Below, one piece after another: positions 54,295 through 64,000 of a DNA stretch of 64,000 bases (position 1 is its first letter; every line of letters starts with the position of its first letter). This DNA is from Cyanophyceae cyanobacterium (lineage in GTDB: Bacteria > Cyanobacteriota > Cyanobacteriia > Cyanobacteriales > Laspinemataceae). The translations under genes were made by a program, and so were the position numbers. The stretch is from contig JBBQFN010000004.1 of NCBI GenBank assembly GCA_038321985.1, positions 1 through 64,000 of the forward strand, given 5' to 3'. The notes beneath the pieces were generated by a model. That model searched no databases. It was not told the DNA's origin and worked only from the letters and a program-made list of their open reading frames with translations.

Positions 54295-55305
54295 TTAGTC
54301 TTTGCTCTTTTTTTTGCGGGCTTTTTTGGACTGCTTGGTGGGGTTGGGATACAGCAGTTCTAATCGCAATTGATCCCGGGTTTTGGGTTTTAAAAATTTT
54401 TGATGCAGGGGTTGCCACTCTAGCCAAGACTGATAGCGGTTTTCTAGGAGTTTTTCGGCTACGGTCGGAAGGGTCTGCTCAATATTACAATCTAACACGC
54501 GGGAAAGAGTTTCCGCTAAGACCACACTATCTTGCAGTTCGCCGAGGACCTCTTGAACCGCTTTCAAATCCTCGACATATTCTACATAGGTGTCGCCATA
54601 AAAGTGGGTAAATAAGCTCATTTGATAGCGCACCCGCTTGACTTCTTTGCGCAGATCATGGAGGGTTTCTCCGCGTTTGGCGAATAATTCCTCTACGTCG
54701 GTTTCAGATAGGTTATCGATTTTGATTTTACTTTTTTTAGTTTTGATTCCCAGTAACCAACCCGGATGCAGAAACAGGTTACTGATTTCGGGTAACAATA
54801 AGTCAGGGAGAACTGATCGAATGGGCAGGAGTGCCATTTCGCCGTAACTGGGATTATTTAACCACTCGGCTAAACTGTTTTTAAAGGATAGATAGCGATC
54901 GCCTTTTAAAGTTTCATTGACCGCCGAGAAGGATTGGTGACGTTCAGCTTTTAAAAGGTTGAGGGCGCGTTTGAATGCCTCCTGTTCCGGGTCAGGCAAG
55001 GCATCTTTATAGTCGGTTTCCAGAGTTTCTAGGAGGACATCTAAATCCCTCAAGCTGCCGAGACTGCGGGAGATTTTGCCAATTTGCTTTTGGCTGGCGG
55101 CGTGGGGTAAATCTAAGGCGGGTGCAAACCCTTTAACTGCCGATCGCAGTCGTCGCATCCCCACTCGCATCTGATGCAGGGCTTCAGGATCGCGATCGCT
55201 TAAAACATCATCTTCATACTGAATGGCTTTTTGGAAATGTTTTTCCAGGGCGATTTTTGCCCAATCTCCTAAAGTATCGGCGGTTTGTTTATTGTCGGAT
55301 TTCAT
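54295..55305 (-). CDS. CHAD domain protein
   Basis: EALHQMRVGMRRLRS, LGSLRDLDV, LHDLRKEVKRVRY, QEVLGELQD. Confidence 0.9.
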   Translation of the reverse strand: MKSDNKQTADTLGDWAKIALEKHFQKAIQYEDDVLSDRDPEALHQMRVGMRRLRSAVKGFAPALDLPHAASQKQIGKISRSLGSLRDLDVLLETLETDYKDALPDPEQEAFKRALNLLKAERHQSFSAVNETLKGDRYLSFKNSLAEWLNNPSYGEMALLPIRSVLPDLLLPEISNLFLHPGWLLGIKTKKSKIKIDNLSETDVEELFAKRGETLHDLRKEVKRVRYQMSLFTHFYGDTYVEYVEDLKAVQEVLGELQDSVVLAETLSRVLDCNIEQTLPTVAEKLLENRYQSWLEWQPLHQKFLKPKTRDQLRLELLYPNPTKQSKKARKKKSKD

Positions 55306-55412
55306 AATGGAATAGCACCCGGTTAAATAGAGTTAGATAGCAGAAAAATTCTGGAGATAATTAGAGGGAGAGGGAAGTAATATCCATTCTATCACGCTTC
55401 CCTCCTTAGCGG

Positions 55413-56198
55413 TTATTTAAAAATTTCAGGGGGGAGTGAGGTAGATTTATTAAGAACGGGTTCGGGATAATATCGCCAAGGCGGAATTGTGACATCCAGG
55501 GGTTTCCCGATCCACAAGTCATATCGGACGGCATAATCTTCGGTTTTACAGGACCGCAGGAACGGTTTTCCGGTCCAGATTTGACAACTACACAGGGGTT
55601 TGGGTTCCTCCAGGTCATATCCCCCGGAAATGGGTTGCAGTTGGAAAAATTCAATATGCCAGTGCGCGGGTTCGACGGCAACGCACTCCGAGGATAATTC
55701 CACTCCGGCTGTCTGAGCACTGTTATAAGGTTTGATGGCGATCGGTAGGTAATCAATATCTAGGAGATAGCTGTCAAAGCCGAGCTCCTTGGCTTGTTGG
55801 ACAACTTGCTGCCACTGATGGAGGGGGTGTAAGTCCCCTTGGCGAGGGCTGCTTTGTTCAAAGTAATATCCGCCAAATAGCCAGATTAGTTTAGAAAGGA
55901 TAGTTTCGACCCGATGGCGATCGCGAATTAATAACTCTACATCTTCGGGTAATAATAATCGTCCCGGTACGGCCCACCAATATTCCCAGGTCAACTCGCC
56001 ATCAAAGGGAATCAATCGTTTTACCAATCCCGGAATGCGATCGCGGACTTGAATTTCTCGAATTTCCTGAAGACTCGCTTGTTCCGGAGACGGCAGGGGT
56101 AAGTTTAAATGAGCTTGTAGGGGATGGTCAGGGGCGGTGGCTTCCTCTGGGGACATCACGGCTCGATTTTGGACAGTTTGAAGCTGACTGTATAACAT
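55413..56198 (-). CDS. Hypothetical protein
   Basis: 261-aa ORF with ATG start after an AAGAGG-like RBS; no recognised motif. Confidence 0.65.
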   Translation of the reverse strand: MLYSQLQTVQNRAVMSPEEATAPDHPLQAHLNLPLPSPEQASLQEIREIQVRDRIPGLVKRLIPFDGELTWEYWWAVPGRLLLPEDVELLIRDRHRVETILSKLIWLFGGYYFEQSSPRQGDLHPLHQWQQVVQQAKELGFDSYLLDIDYLPIAIKPYNSAQTAGVELSSECVAVEPAHWHIEFFQLQPISGGYDLEEPKPLCSCQIWTGKPFLRSCKTEDYAVRYDLWIGKPLDVTIPPWRYYPEPVLNKSTSLPPEIFK

Positions 56199-56596
56199 AA
56201 TTCATTGGCCTCTTTTGTTTTGCCCTATCATTCCTATGTTTAATGATACTTCCTGTAGCTATCAATAGAGTTCCAGACTAGCCATGTCTTAATCTTTTCT
56301 TTAGGAATTTTCTTCCTATAATTATAAATTGTAAATATGCGACTTGGCGGACTGAGGTGCAACCCACTCGGTATCTAGAGGTTTACCCCAAAAAATTTTT
56401 CCCTGTAGAAATACTTAAACATCTCACCCCATAAACTGGGTAAATCAGAAGGATATCCTTCGGAAAAAACCCAAAAATTTTGGGTATAAATTCGGGTTTT
56501 TGGGGTCAGTCCCAGTGAGATCGGGCACGATTAAGCGGCCATATCCAGGATTGGGAATCAGGGCAGTCGCACTTGTACTAAAGTGCGACTACGGAA

Positions 56597-58801
56597 TCAC
56601 CACTGGGGCATCGACAGCAATAAAGCCGTTGCCGCATCCGCATCCACGGGCCTAGAAAACAAATAGCCCTGGCCGGATTCACATTGCAGCGCTCGCAATT
56701 GAGCTAACTGTTCCAGGGTTTCCACCCCTTCAGCCACTACATCCATATTTAGATTATGAGCCAAATCGATACAAGTGCGGACAATTTCCAAACTTTCTGC
56801 CTCACTACTCATGCGACTCACAAAAGAGCGATCAATTTTTAAGGTATCGATCGGCAACCGTTGCAACCGACTCAGGGAAGAATACCCAGTCCCAAAATCA
56901 TCGATAGACAGTTGAATTTGCCGTTGTTTAAGCTGAGTAAGCAAACTGGCCGCCGACTCTGCCGCCGCCATAATAGCAGTTTCAGTAATTTCTAGCTTCA
57001 AACAATGACCGCTTAGACCCGTCTGCTGGAGGATTTGGTCAATATAATCCACCAGTCCCGGATTGCCAAACTGAACTCCGGCAACATTGACGCTCATCGT
57101 CAAAAATGGGATGGACCCACTGACTCCATCCCCTCGTTCGCGGTTCGGGAGGACTAACCCTAGGGATTGCCATCGTTCCTGCCACTTTTGCAATTGAGAA
57201 CAGGCTTCCTGTAGGACCCATGCCCCCATGGGCACAATCGATCCGGTACCTTCAGCGACGGGGATAAACTCCCCCGGTAGCACAAAGCCGCGCCGGGGAT
57301 GTTGCCAGCGCACCAGGGCTTCAAATCCGGCAATATGACCCGTTTTTAAGTCGATAATCGGCTGGTAATACAGGAGCAATTCCTGACGTTTGAGGGCGAG
57401 TCGCAGGTCCGTTTCTAGCTGTAACATGGCTAATGCACCGGAGTGCATTTGGCGTTCAAAGACGGCGGTGCGTCCTCCCCCCATGGTTTTAGCATGATAC
57501 ATCGCTGTATCTGCCGCGCGTAAAAAGTCTTCGGGCCGTTCTAAGGTCTTGCCAGAGGGGGGTTCCGTCCCTTGGCCGTTGGTTGGGGTCGGCTGCGCCT
57601 GCATATACTGCGGAGTCTGGGGGAAGCTGATCGCAATACCAATACTGGCTGTGCTGAACATATCATGACCGTTGATTTGAAAGGGGAGAGTGAGTTCTTT
57701 ATGAATGCGATCGGCAATGGTGAGGGAGGTAGCCGGATCGTCAATTTCATTAACTAAAATCGCAAACTCATCGGTCCCCACCCGTGCTAGGGTATCTTTA
57801 GGGCGAATACAAGTTCCCAAGCGACGAGCGGTGGCATTGAGCAAGAGGTCTCCGACTAAGTGTCCGAAACTATATTTAATGATGCTAAACCGATCGAGAT
57901 CGATAAATAGGACGGCAAAGCCATAATGGGGACGCCTTTTCGCCTGCCTGAGCGATCGCCCTAATCCGTTGAGGAACCATGCTTCATTCGGCAATCCGGT
58001 CAGGGGGTCGTAAAAGGCATTATACAAGAGTTGTTCCCGGTCTTTATTGCGATCGGTGATATCATGGACTACCGCTAAATGCAAGCCGGAAATAAAATTA
58101 GCGCTGGCCGAATATTCGACATCTCGAATGGTCCCATCAGACCTGAAAACTTTGAGTTCTCCCGTGTCTCGACCCAGGCATCGAAATTTGGTGAATCCGG
58201 TTTTAAAATCACAGGTGGATTCGATATAGCTATGAAGCGGCTGTCCGATCAATTCTTCTTTGGAGAGTCCTAAAAGGCTACAAGCGGCAGGATTGAGGTT
58301 GGTAAATTGACCGAGGTCGTTGAAGATTACCATGGCGTCAAGGGCGCACTCAAATACTGCCCGCAGTTGTCGTTCATTCGCTTGCATGGCTTTCTCCGCA
58401 AGCAAGCGCGATCGCCGGCCAGCGGATTCCCGCAATTCCCGATCAATCGCCGGAATTAATCGGGCGAGATGATCTTTCATCACATAATCATGGACACCGG
58501 CTTTCATGGCGGCGATCGCCGCTTCTTCGCCGATTTGCCCAGAGACAATAATAAAGGGTAAATCTAGTTCCAACTTCTGCATCACTTCTAATGCCTCGGG
58601 TGCGCTAAATTGGGGCAGGGCATAATCTGCCAAAATTAGCTCCCAATTTTCCCGCAGGAGGGCATTTTTCATAGCCTCAGAATTGTCTACTCTTTCCACG
58701 GTCAAATCATAGCCGCCGCGTTTGAGTTCGCGCAGTAGCAATAAGGCATCATCCTCTGAATCTTCGACCATCAAAACCCGCAGCGATCGCCCCATTGTCA
58801 T
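56597..58801 (-). CDS. REC-PAS-GGDEF-EAL signalling protein
   Basis: VLMVEDSEDD receiver, PAS, DPLTGLPN/DLDRF with degenerate GTDEF, EAL, DDFGTGYSSL, EGVET. Confidence 0.93.
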   Translation of the reverse strand: MTMGRSLRVLMVEDSEDDALLLLRELKRGGYDLTVERVDNSEAMKNALLRENWELILADYALPQFSAPEALEVMQKLELDLPFIIVSGQIGEEAAIAAMKAGVHDYVMKDHLARLIPAIDRELRESAGRRSRLLAEKAMQANERQLRAVFECALDAMVIFNDLGQFTNLNPAACSLLGLSKEELIGQPLHSYIESTCDFKTGFTKFRCLGRDTGELKVFRSDGTIRDVEYSASANFISGLHLAVVHDITDRNKDREQLLYNAFYDPLTGLPNEAWFLNGLGRSLRQAKRRPHYGFAVLFIDLDRFSIIKYSFGHLVGDLLLNATARRLGTCIRPKDTLARVGTDEFAILVNEIDDPATSLTIADRIHKELTLPFQINGHDMFSTASIGIAISFPQTPQYMQAQPTPTNGQGTEPPSGKTLERPEDFLRAADTAMYHAKTMGGGRTAVFERQMHSGALAMLQLETDLRLALKRQELLLYYQPIIDLKTGHIAGFEALVRWQHPRRGFVLPGEFIPVAEGTGSIVPMGAWVLQEACSQLQKWQERWQSLGLVLPNRERGDGVSGSIPFLTMSVNVAGVQFGNPGLVDYIDQILQQTGLSGHCLKLEITETAIMAAAESAASLLTQLKQRQIQLSIDDFGTGYSSLSRLQRLPIDTLKIDRSFVSRMSSEAESLEIVRTCIDLAHNLNMDVVAEGVETLEQLAQLRALQCESGQGYLFSRPVDADAATALLLSMPQW

Positions 58802-59084
58802 CCTCCTTAATGGTTTTTGCCCTTAGGCAAAATATTTTATAATTTCCGGACTATATCGCCCTTGGAGGCTAGCCACTCTCTACTTTTTTTTAACCTAATT
58901 TTTACAGTATTTGATTTGTGGACTCATTAAACTGAAACTTGCATAGATTCTTTAAGAAGTTGTAAGGTTTGAAAATAAAGTTTAGTAGGGTAATTTCTTA
59001 CTTGTATTTTATAGTAATAATTAAGAAGATAGTTCGGATTTTTTGTCTGTTACCCCAGATACACTTGGTTACAAAATGCAACCA

Positions 59085-59285
59085 TTGACCCGCCCTGAAG
59101 ACGGTAGCGGTTGTGCAATAGAGTGTTTCTCCGGGTTATGAGCTACATGAATACCCCACTCTGGGTCACGGGGGAAAAAGCAGAGATCAAGATGCTAAAC
59201 CTGCGGCAGTGGTGGGGTACAACCACTCCTTCAGAGTCACAGTCCTATCTGTACCTCACCCGACTCAGGAACGCTTACAGCGGTA
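59085..59285 (-). mobile_element. Possible IS200/IS605 right-end remnant or structured non-coding element
   Basis: Minus strand ends ccgtc-ttca-gggcgg-GTCAA (hairpin + TCAA); GC-richer than the AT-rich flank at 58870-59040. Confidence 0.35.
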
Positions 59286-61133
59286 TTACAGGGTAAAATA
59301 GAACGCGGCACCGTGATCCACCTCAGCGATCGCCCAAACTTGGCCGCCATGACGCTGAACAATGCGTGAGACGGTGGCTAAACCAATTCCTGTACCTTCA
59401 AAGTCGGTGGTGTTATGCAGGCGTTGAAAGGGTGCGAAGAGTTTATCCGCGTATGTCATATTAAAACCCGCCCCATTATCTCGCACAAAATACACCGTTT
59501 TATGGGAAGTGGCCGGGTATTGCTTACCTTCAGAAAGGAGGGGGCGATCGCTTACCCCAAATTCAATGCAGGCATCAGCAGTTTTACTGGTAAATTTCCA
59601 TGCATTATTCAGCAAATTATCTAACATGACTTGCAACAGGTGCGGATCTCCATCAGCCATCAGGGAGTCAGCAATTTTAAACCGGACCTGGCGATCGCGT
59701 TGAGTTGCGTGCAGTTCCGTGGCGACTGTCCGTGCCATCTCACTCAGATTGACCGGCTTTCGTTGCATTGGAGTGCGTGTAACTCGGGAAAGACTCATCA
59801 GGTCATCGATCAGTTGATTCATGCGTTGAGTGGCGCTATAGACTCGGTGCAGATAATCTTTTCCCGTCTCGTCTAGAACGTGGTGATAGTCTTCTATGAC
59901 AGCTTTGGCAAACCCCCGGATCGCCCGGAGTGGGGAGCGCAAATCGTGAGATACAGAGTAGCAAAACGCTTCGAGTTCTTGGTTCGCGGCTTGTAGTTCA
60001 GCGGTGCGTTCCCTGACTCGTTGTTCGAGTTTGGCATTGATTTGGCCCGGGGCATCTTCCCGTTGAGGGCGATCGCTAGTAGTGCGGTCCCAAACCTCTG
60101 GTTCACGGGAGAGTAAGGGTTTCTGAACCGCTGCCGGGGGTGCGACTGCACAAGAGCTTTGTCCCCTGTGCAGGGGTTCTATTTTTTGGCTTCTATCGCC
60201 TTTTTTCGGGTCACTTTCGAGCAAAGTTGCCCCACAAATCTTTTGTAGCTTGTGCCAATAGGTATCGAGGGCTTCACCGGGAGAAAGCTCAGACGAACTG
60301 GCTCTGGCTGAGGGCGAATCGGTATCTCCTAGCATTTCACACAAAGTAACATTTACTTTGAGTAATCGTTCCTCTAACTGGGCGATCGCCAGGGGAGAGG
60401 GGGATTGCTCATCGAGACTTGAAAACCCTTCTCCCCCCTCAAATCTAGATAATAATTCCGAGGGGGAGTGGAGGGTATCCAATCCTTGATCAGGGTCTTC
60501 AAGGAGTTCGCCGCGAAAGAAAAGCAGGGGATTTTTAGCAGTTTTCAGGGAAGCCGATTTAACTCCAAATGCCTGTCGGGTTTGGTTTAAGGGTTCTTTG
60601 AAACGGTTGGTTTCCCCGATTGCTCCCGTTTCTGAACCCCCGTTTAAGTTGGCTAAATTTTGAGAAAAAACTCCCGAGACTGGGTTAGAAAAATTGCCCA
60701 TGATCGCTCTACCGTTTTCGTTTTTTCCCGGCTTGTGAATCTCTTGAGCAGCGGCGTAGGTTAAGCCTTTTCCCCGGTGCAGAATCCGCCAAGAAAGCCA
60801 ACAGTATTTCCCTGTTTTGTGACGATATCGGTTTTCTATGTAACAAACTTGGCCGATGTCGCCGGCGCGTCCGGTGATTAAACTGCGGTGAAGATCATCA
60901 GGATGGATTAAATCCTGCCAGGAGTGCGATCGTAATTCTTCTAAGTTCCATCCGAGAACGCTTTGCCAACTCGGGTTGAGCTTCAGAAAATTCCCTTCAA
61001 TATCTGTAATGCACAACAGTTCCCTAGACAGGTTTAAAAAAACCTGCATTTCTTCTGGCATAAATTCTGCTGTTGGCGTCATGGCGTTGACCTGTTCAAT
61101 CATTGTTTCTGCCTGTAGATTGCCCCTTTTCAT
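59286..61133 (-). CDS. PAS-domain sensor histidine kinase (Cph1-like transmitter)
   Basis: PAS (IHPDD), ELEAFCYSVSHDLRSPL H-box, NLLNNAWKF, DNGAGF, GTGIGLA. Confidence 0.92.
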   Translation of the reverse strand: MKRGNLQAETMIEQVNAMTPTAEFMPEEMQVFLNLSRELLCITDIEGNFLKLNPSWQSVLGWNLEELRSHSWQDLIHPDDLHRSLITGRAGDIGQVCYIENRYRHKTGKYCWLSWRILHRGKGLTYAAAQEIHKPGKNENGRAIMGNFSNPVSGVFSQNLANLNGGSETGAIGETNRFKEPLNQTRQAFGVKSASLKTAKNPLLFFRGELLEDPDQGLDTLHSPSELLSRFEGGEGFSSLDEQSPSPLAIAQLEERLLKVNVTLCEMLGDTDSPSARASSSELSPGEALDTYWHKLQKICGATLLESDPKKGDRSQKIEPLHRGQSSCAVAPPAAVQKPLLSREPEVWDRTTSDRPQREDAPGQINAKLEQRVRERTAELQAANQELEAFCYSVSHDLRSPLRAIRGFAKAVIEDYHHVLDETGKDYLHRVYSATQRMNQLIDDLMSLSRVTRTPMQRKPVNLSEMARTVATELHATQRDRQVRFKIADSLMADGDPHLLQVMLDNLLNNAWKFTSKTADACIEFGVSDRPLLSEGKQYPATSHKTVYFVRDNGAGFNMTYADKLFAPFQRLHNTTDFEGTGIGLATVSRIVQRHGGQVWAIAEVDHGAAFYFTL

Positions 61134-61981
61134 CGATGATCTCCCTGACAGCGTGATTGATGCCCTCTTTGCCCGTTCTTCTTAGATTTATCCCCCTTAG
61201 TTTTCTCAAATGTAAAGCCGGATTACGGGCGAGTAAAATAATTTTTATTTTAACCCATTTAACCCATTTTTTATTTATTTTTATCCGGTTTTAGTTTCTT
61301 AAATTATAAATGAAATTTAGAAACGGGGGAGATTTTGTTATCAAAATTTGACTTGATGCGCGGACTGTCGGGTTCCCTTCCCAGTTAGTTGAAGTTTTAT
61401 CCCCTGAATTTTATTTAGAATCGATAGTGGCGATCGTGACTCTGTTTTATACCCCGTTACTCCTCATTCTTATCCTTAAAATTGTTTCAACCCACTCCCC
61501 CTTATTTAGCTTATCGGAATTATTTTTAACCTAGAAAATACTTTACATTTTTTAACTTCCCGAATTTTATCTAGGGTAATTTGAGCTGAAATTCCCGGTC
61601 ACCGTGGTATAAAGATAATAATTAGATGTGGATTTGGAGCCTCGCCGTTTTGGTAGCCCAATCTATGAACAGCAGGTTTAATTTCTGTTATCTACGTTAC
61701 TAAATTCAGATTAATTTGTCAATGGGTGGGGAAAAGATTAAGAATACTTTAAAACCCCAGAAAGATTAAGTCAAGGAATAATAACCAATAGATTGAAATC
61801 TGCTGAGAGTGCGGTTCAATTGACTCAAATAGGGGGGATTACCCCTACCCCTGAAAAAAATTACCACTGCTATAATAAAAGGCTTATTTTTATGGATGGG
61901 TTGAATCAGGTTCATGGAGAATGATGACCTCTGGGGAGTGGGTTTTCACGACGGCACAAACCCCAAATTGGAAGTAAAAAT

Positions 61982-62023
61982 AAAAAAATTCTGAGTCAGG
62001 AAAATAAGGAGCCCCTGACTCAG
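61982..62023 (-). terminator. Rho-independent terminator downstream of the 62069-62671 ORF
   Basis: ctgagtcagg...cctgactcag stem followed by a T-run on the minus strand. Confidence 0.65.
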
Positions 62024-62068
62024 CTAGAGAGATTCACGTTAGACGAACAAAATAACGGACAACTGCCT

Positions 62069-62671
62069 TTAACGCTTCATCAACAAGGGACGCACAATCC
62101 AATAACCCGCCCCAAACGCGCTAACCACAATCAGGATGATCATCACAATCAACCCCAACCCCCCGAGATCCGAGCGTTTTGCCGGACGGGTGCTGCGACG
62201 AGGGCGAGTTTCCGGCTGTTCAGTAAATAAAGGTTCTGGAATACCTTGGGTTGCACCGAGTTCAGTCATCGAGAAGGGAGAACCCACCCCCTGTTCCGAA
62301 GCGGGAATCCCACCCAAACGCCCCTGAACATCAGGATGGGGTGCAGAGGAATATCCCGATTCCCCGCGCATCTGGGTGCGATCGCCGGAAACATTGCGGC
62401 CCACTGAGGGACTCTGAGGTTCCCAGGCATCCACCACCTGCTGTAAATGCACTGCAGACTGAACCACCGTTTCAATTTCCTGGCGTAGTTGTCGATTTTG
62501 TTGAACTAACTGATGATTTTGAGTGGTTAGGGAATCCAACCGTTCCTGTGCTGTTTGTAACTCCGCGACAACTTCTCGATACACAGAGATGGGAACCGAA
62601 GGAGAATAAGGTTGATTAGAAGGAGTTGGCGGGGTTATCGGCAGATTGCCGGAGGCAGTAGCATTTCGCAT
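62069..62671 (-). CDS. Conserved cyanobacterial coiled-coil protein with C-terminal membrane anchor
   Basis: PSVPISVYREV..ELQ, coiled coil, C-terminal AFGAGYWIVRPLL. Confidence 0.75.
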   Translation of the reverse strand: MRNATASGNLPITPPTPSNQPYSPSVPISVYREVVAELQTAQERLDSLTTQNHQLVQQNRQLRQEIETVVQSAVHLQQVVDAWEPQSPSVGRNVSGDRTQMRGESGYSSAPHPDVQGRLGGIPASEQGVGSPFSMTELGATQGIPEPLFTEQPETRPRRSTRPAKRSDLGGLGLIVMIILIVVSAFGAGYWIVRPLLMKR

Positions 62672-63006
62672 AAGGGCTTACTCGGGTAGTAGGAGGACGG
62701 GAGGCGATCGCAACCGTTCGGAGTATTTTGATGATAGAACTCTGCCTCAGATTACAACAACGATTACCTTGGTTCGTCAAGGATTTGCTACAAATCCCTA
62801 AGATTTAGGGAGTTGGCAATCGAGGCATGATGGCATTGACTCCGGGTTAGAAGGCGATCGCCTAGACCCTGAACAAATCTTTACTCTCCATCTTAAATCC
62901 TGGAGTCCCTTGATTCAAGGTTTAGGACCTCAAGACTATCCCAATAGGAGCATATTTCTGTCACCATAGAATGAATCACGAGACATTCAGTCCCTATTCC
63001 GTCAAA

Positions 63007-63447
63007 ATGAGCAATTCTTCCATGCAGTCCGATGTATCGCCAACCGCCACCTCTGCCGATGACACCCCGCAGATCAAGTATGGGGAACGGCAAATCGAGG
63101 AGGGACAGTTAATTACCTTTCCCAATCCCCGAGTCGGTAGACGCTATGACATTCACATCACCTTACCGGAATTTACCTGTAAATGTCCGTTTTCCGGCTA
63201 TCCCGATTTTGCCACTATTTACATCACCTACGTTCCTAATGAACGGGTGGTGGAGCTTAAAGCGATCAAATTGTATATCAACAGTTACCGCGATCGCTAC
63301 ATTTCCCACGAAGAATCCATCAATCAAATTCTTGATGACTTCGTAGCCGCTTGCGACCCCCTAGAAGCCACCATCAAAGGAGACTTCCAGCCCCGAGGTA
63401 ACGTCCACACCGTTATCGAAGTTCAACATAGTCAACCCCAGTCTTAA
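63007..63447 (+). CDS. queF: NADPH-dependent preQ0 reductase
   Basis: PEFTCKCPFSGYPDFA, VELKAIKLY, HEE, PRGN. Confidence 0.95.
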   Translation: MSNSSMQSDVSPTATSADDTPQIKYGERQIEEGQLITFPNPRVGRRYDIHITLPEFTCKCPFSGYPDFATIYITYVPNERVVELKAIKLYINSYRDRYISHEESINQILDDFVAACDPLEATIKGDFQPRGNVHTVIEVQHSQPQS

Positions 63448-63513
63448 ACCTAAAAAGCCCCCCTTTTTAAGGGGGGTTGGGGGGAGCAATCTTTTTGTTG
63501 GCAACAAAGTCTA

Positions 63514-64000
63514 TTAATTTTGACCCGCCAAAGAACCCGAGGCGATCGTCACTCCCTCCGTACTGGGTTTTTCTTCTAAACTATCTAAAATTTCAATCAG
63601 TTCTCGCTCAAAAGTCACTTGTGCGCGATTCGTTTTTCCGCCTACATACAATTCTCCATTCTCTTCTAATGCCCAAACCTGGGAATGAGAAACATAACTC
63701 ATCATCACCCCTAACATTAAAAATCCAAAACCTAAATAAACCAGGGGAATACTCGGATCTGCTTTAATTTGTAACCCCGTACTTCCAATTAATTTTTTAA
63801 TTTTCAGAGTCACACCATTGACGGGAGTCTCCATCCCAGGACGCAGACTGGTCATCAGTTTTCCCTCCATATCATAGAGTAAGAGCGTTCCCTGTAAATC
63901 CTTCGCTAACAGAGAAATTCCCTCACTCAAATCTGGCTTAGTCGGAATCCAAGTACCCCATAAACGAGCACCGTTACCCGTATTTAAAAGCGCCATAGGC
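63514..64000 (-). CDS. ccs1: Cytochrome c biogenesis protein Ccs1/ResB, 3' part
   Basis: [40 protein letters not shown]...FE.E. Confidence 0.9.
   Translation of the reverse strand, partial: PMALLNTGNGARLWGTWIPTKPDLSEGISLLAKDLQGTLLLYDMEGKLMTSLRPGMETPVNGVTLKIKKLIGSTGLQIKADPSIPLVYLGFGFLMLGVMMSYVSHSQVWALEENGELYVGGKTNRAQVTFERELIEILDSLEEKPSTEGVTIASGSLAGQN

Overview
Chromosomal window from a filamentous cyanobacterium, probably Oscillatoriales (very frequent HIP1 GCGATCGC, typical short palindromic intergenic repeats). Most of it is housekeeping or conserved accessory genes: typA 5' end, rnz, cobU, thiE/thiS, yebC, chorismate lyase, uvrC, clpC, clpB, queF, ccs1 3' end, glycosyltransferases, an HlyD/MacB/TolC export cluster and signalling genes. 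The standout is a translationally coupled two-gene operon at 27850-34607. It encodes a 1009-aa protein whose C-terminal third reads like a divergent, catalytically inactive MID-PIWI (Argonaute-like) module, and a 1243-aa protein with a possible N-terminal PD-(D/E)xK/RecB-like nuclease fused to an SF2 helicase. This is a candidate guide-directed defence system analogous to pPIWI-RE or DdmDE; the fold assignment is inferred by eye only. Also notable: an NspV-like restriction endonuclease paired with a C5-cytosine methyltransferase, a reciprocally decayed duplication of thiE-thiS-DUF1517 around an AT-rich ampG-like gene, and IS200/IS605 right-end-like remnants. No CRISPR array, rRNA or tRNA was seen.
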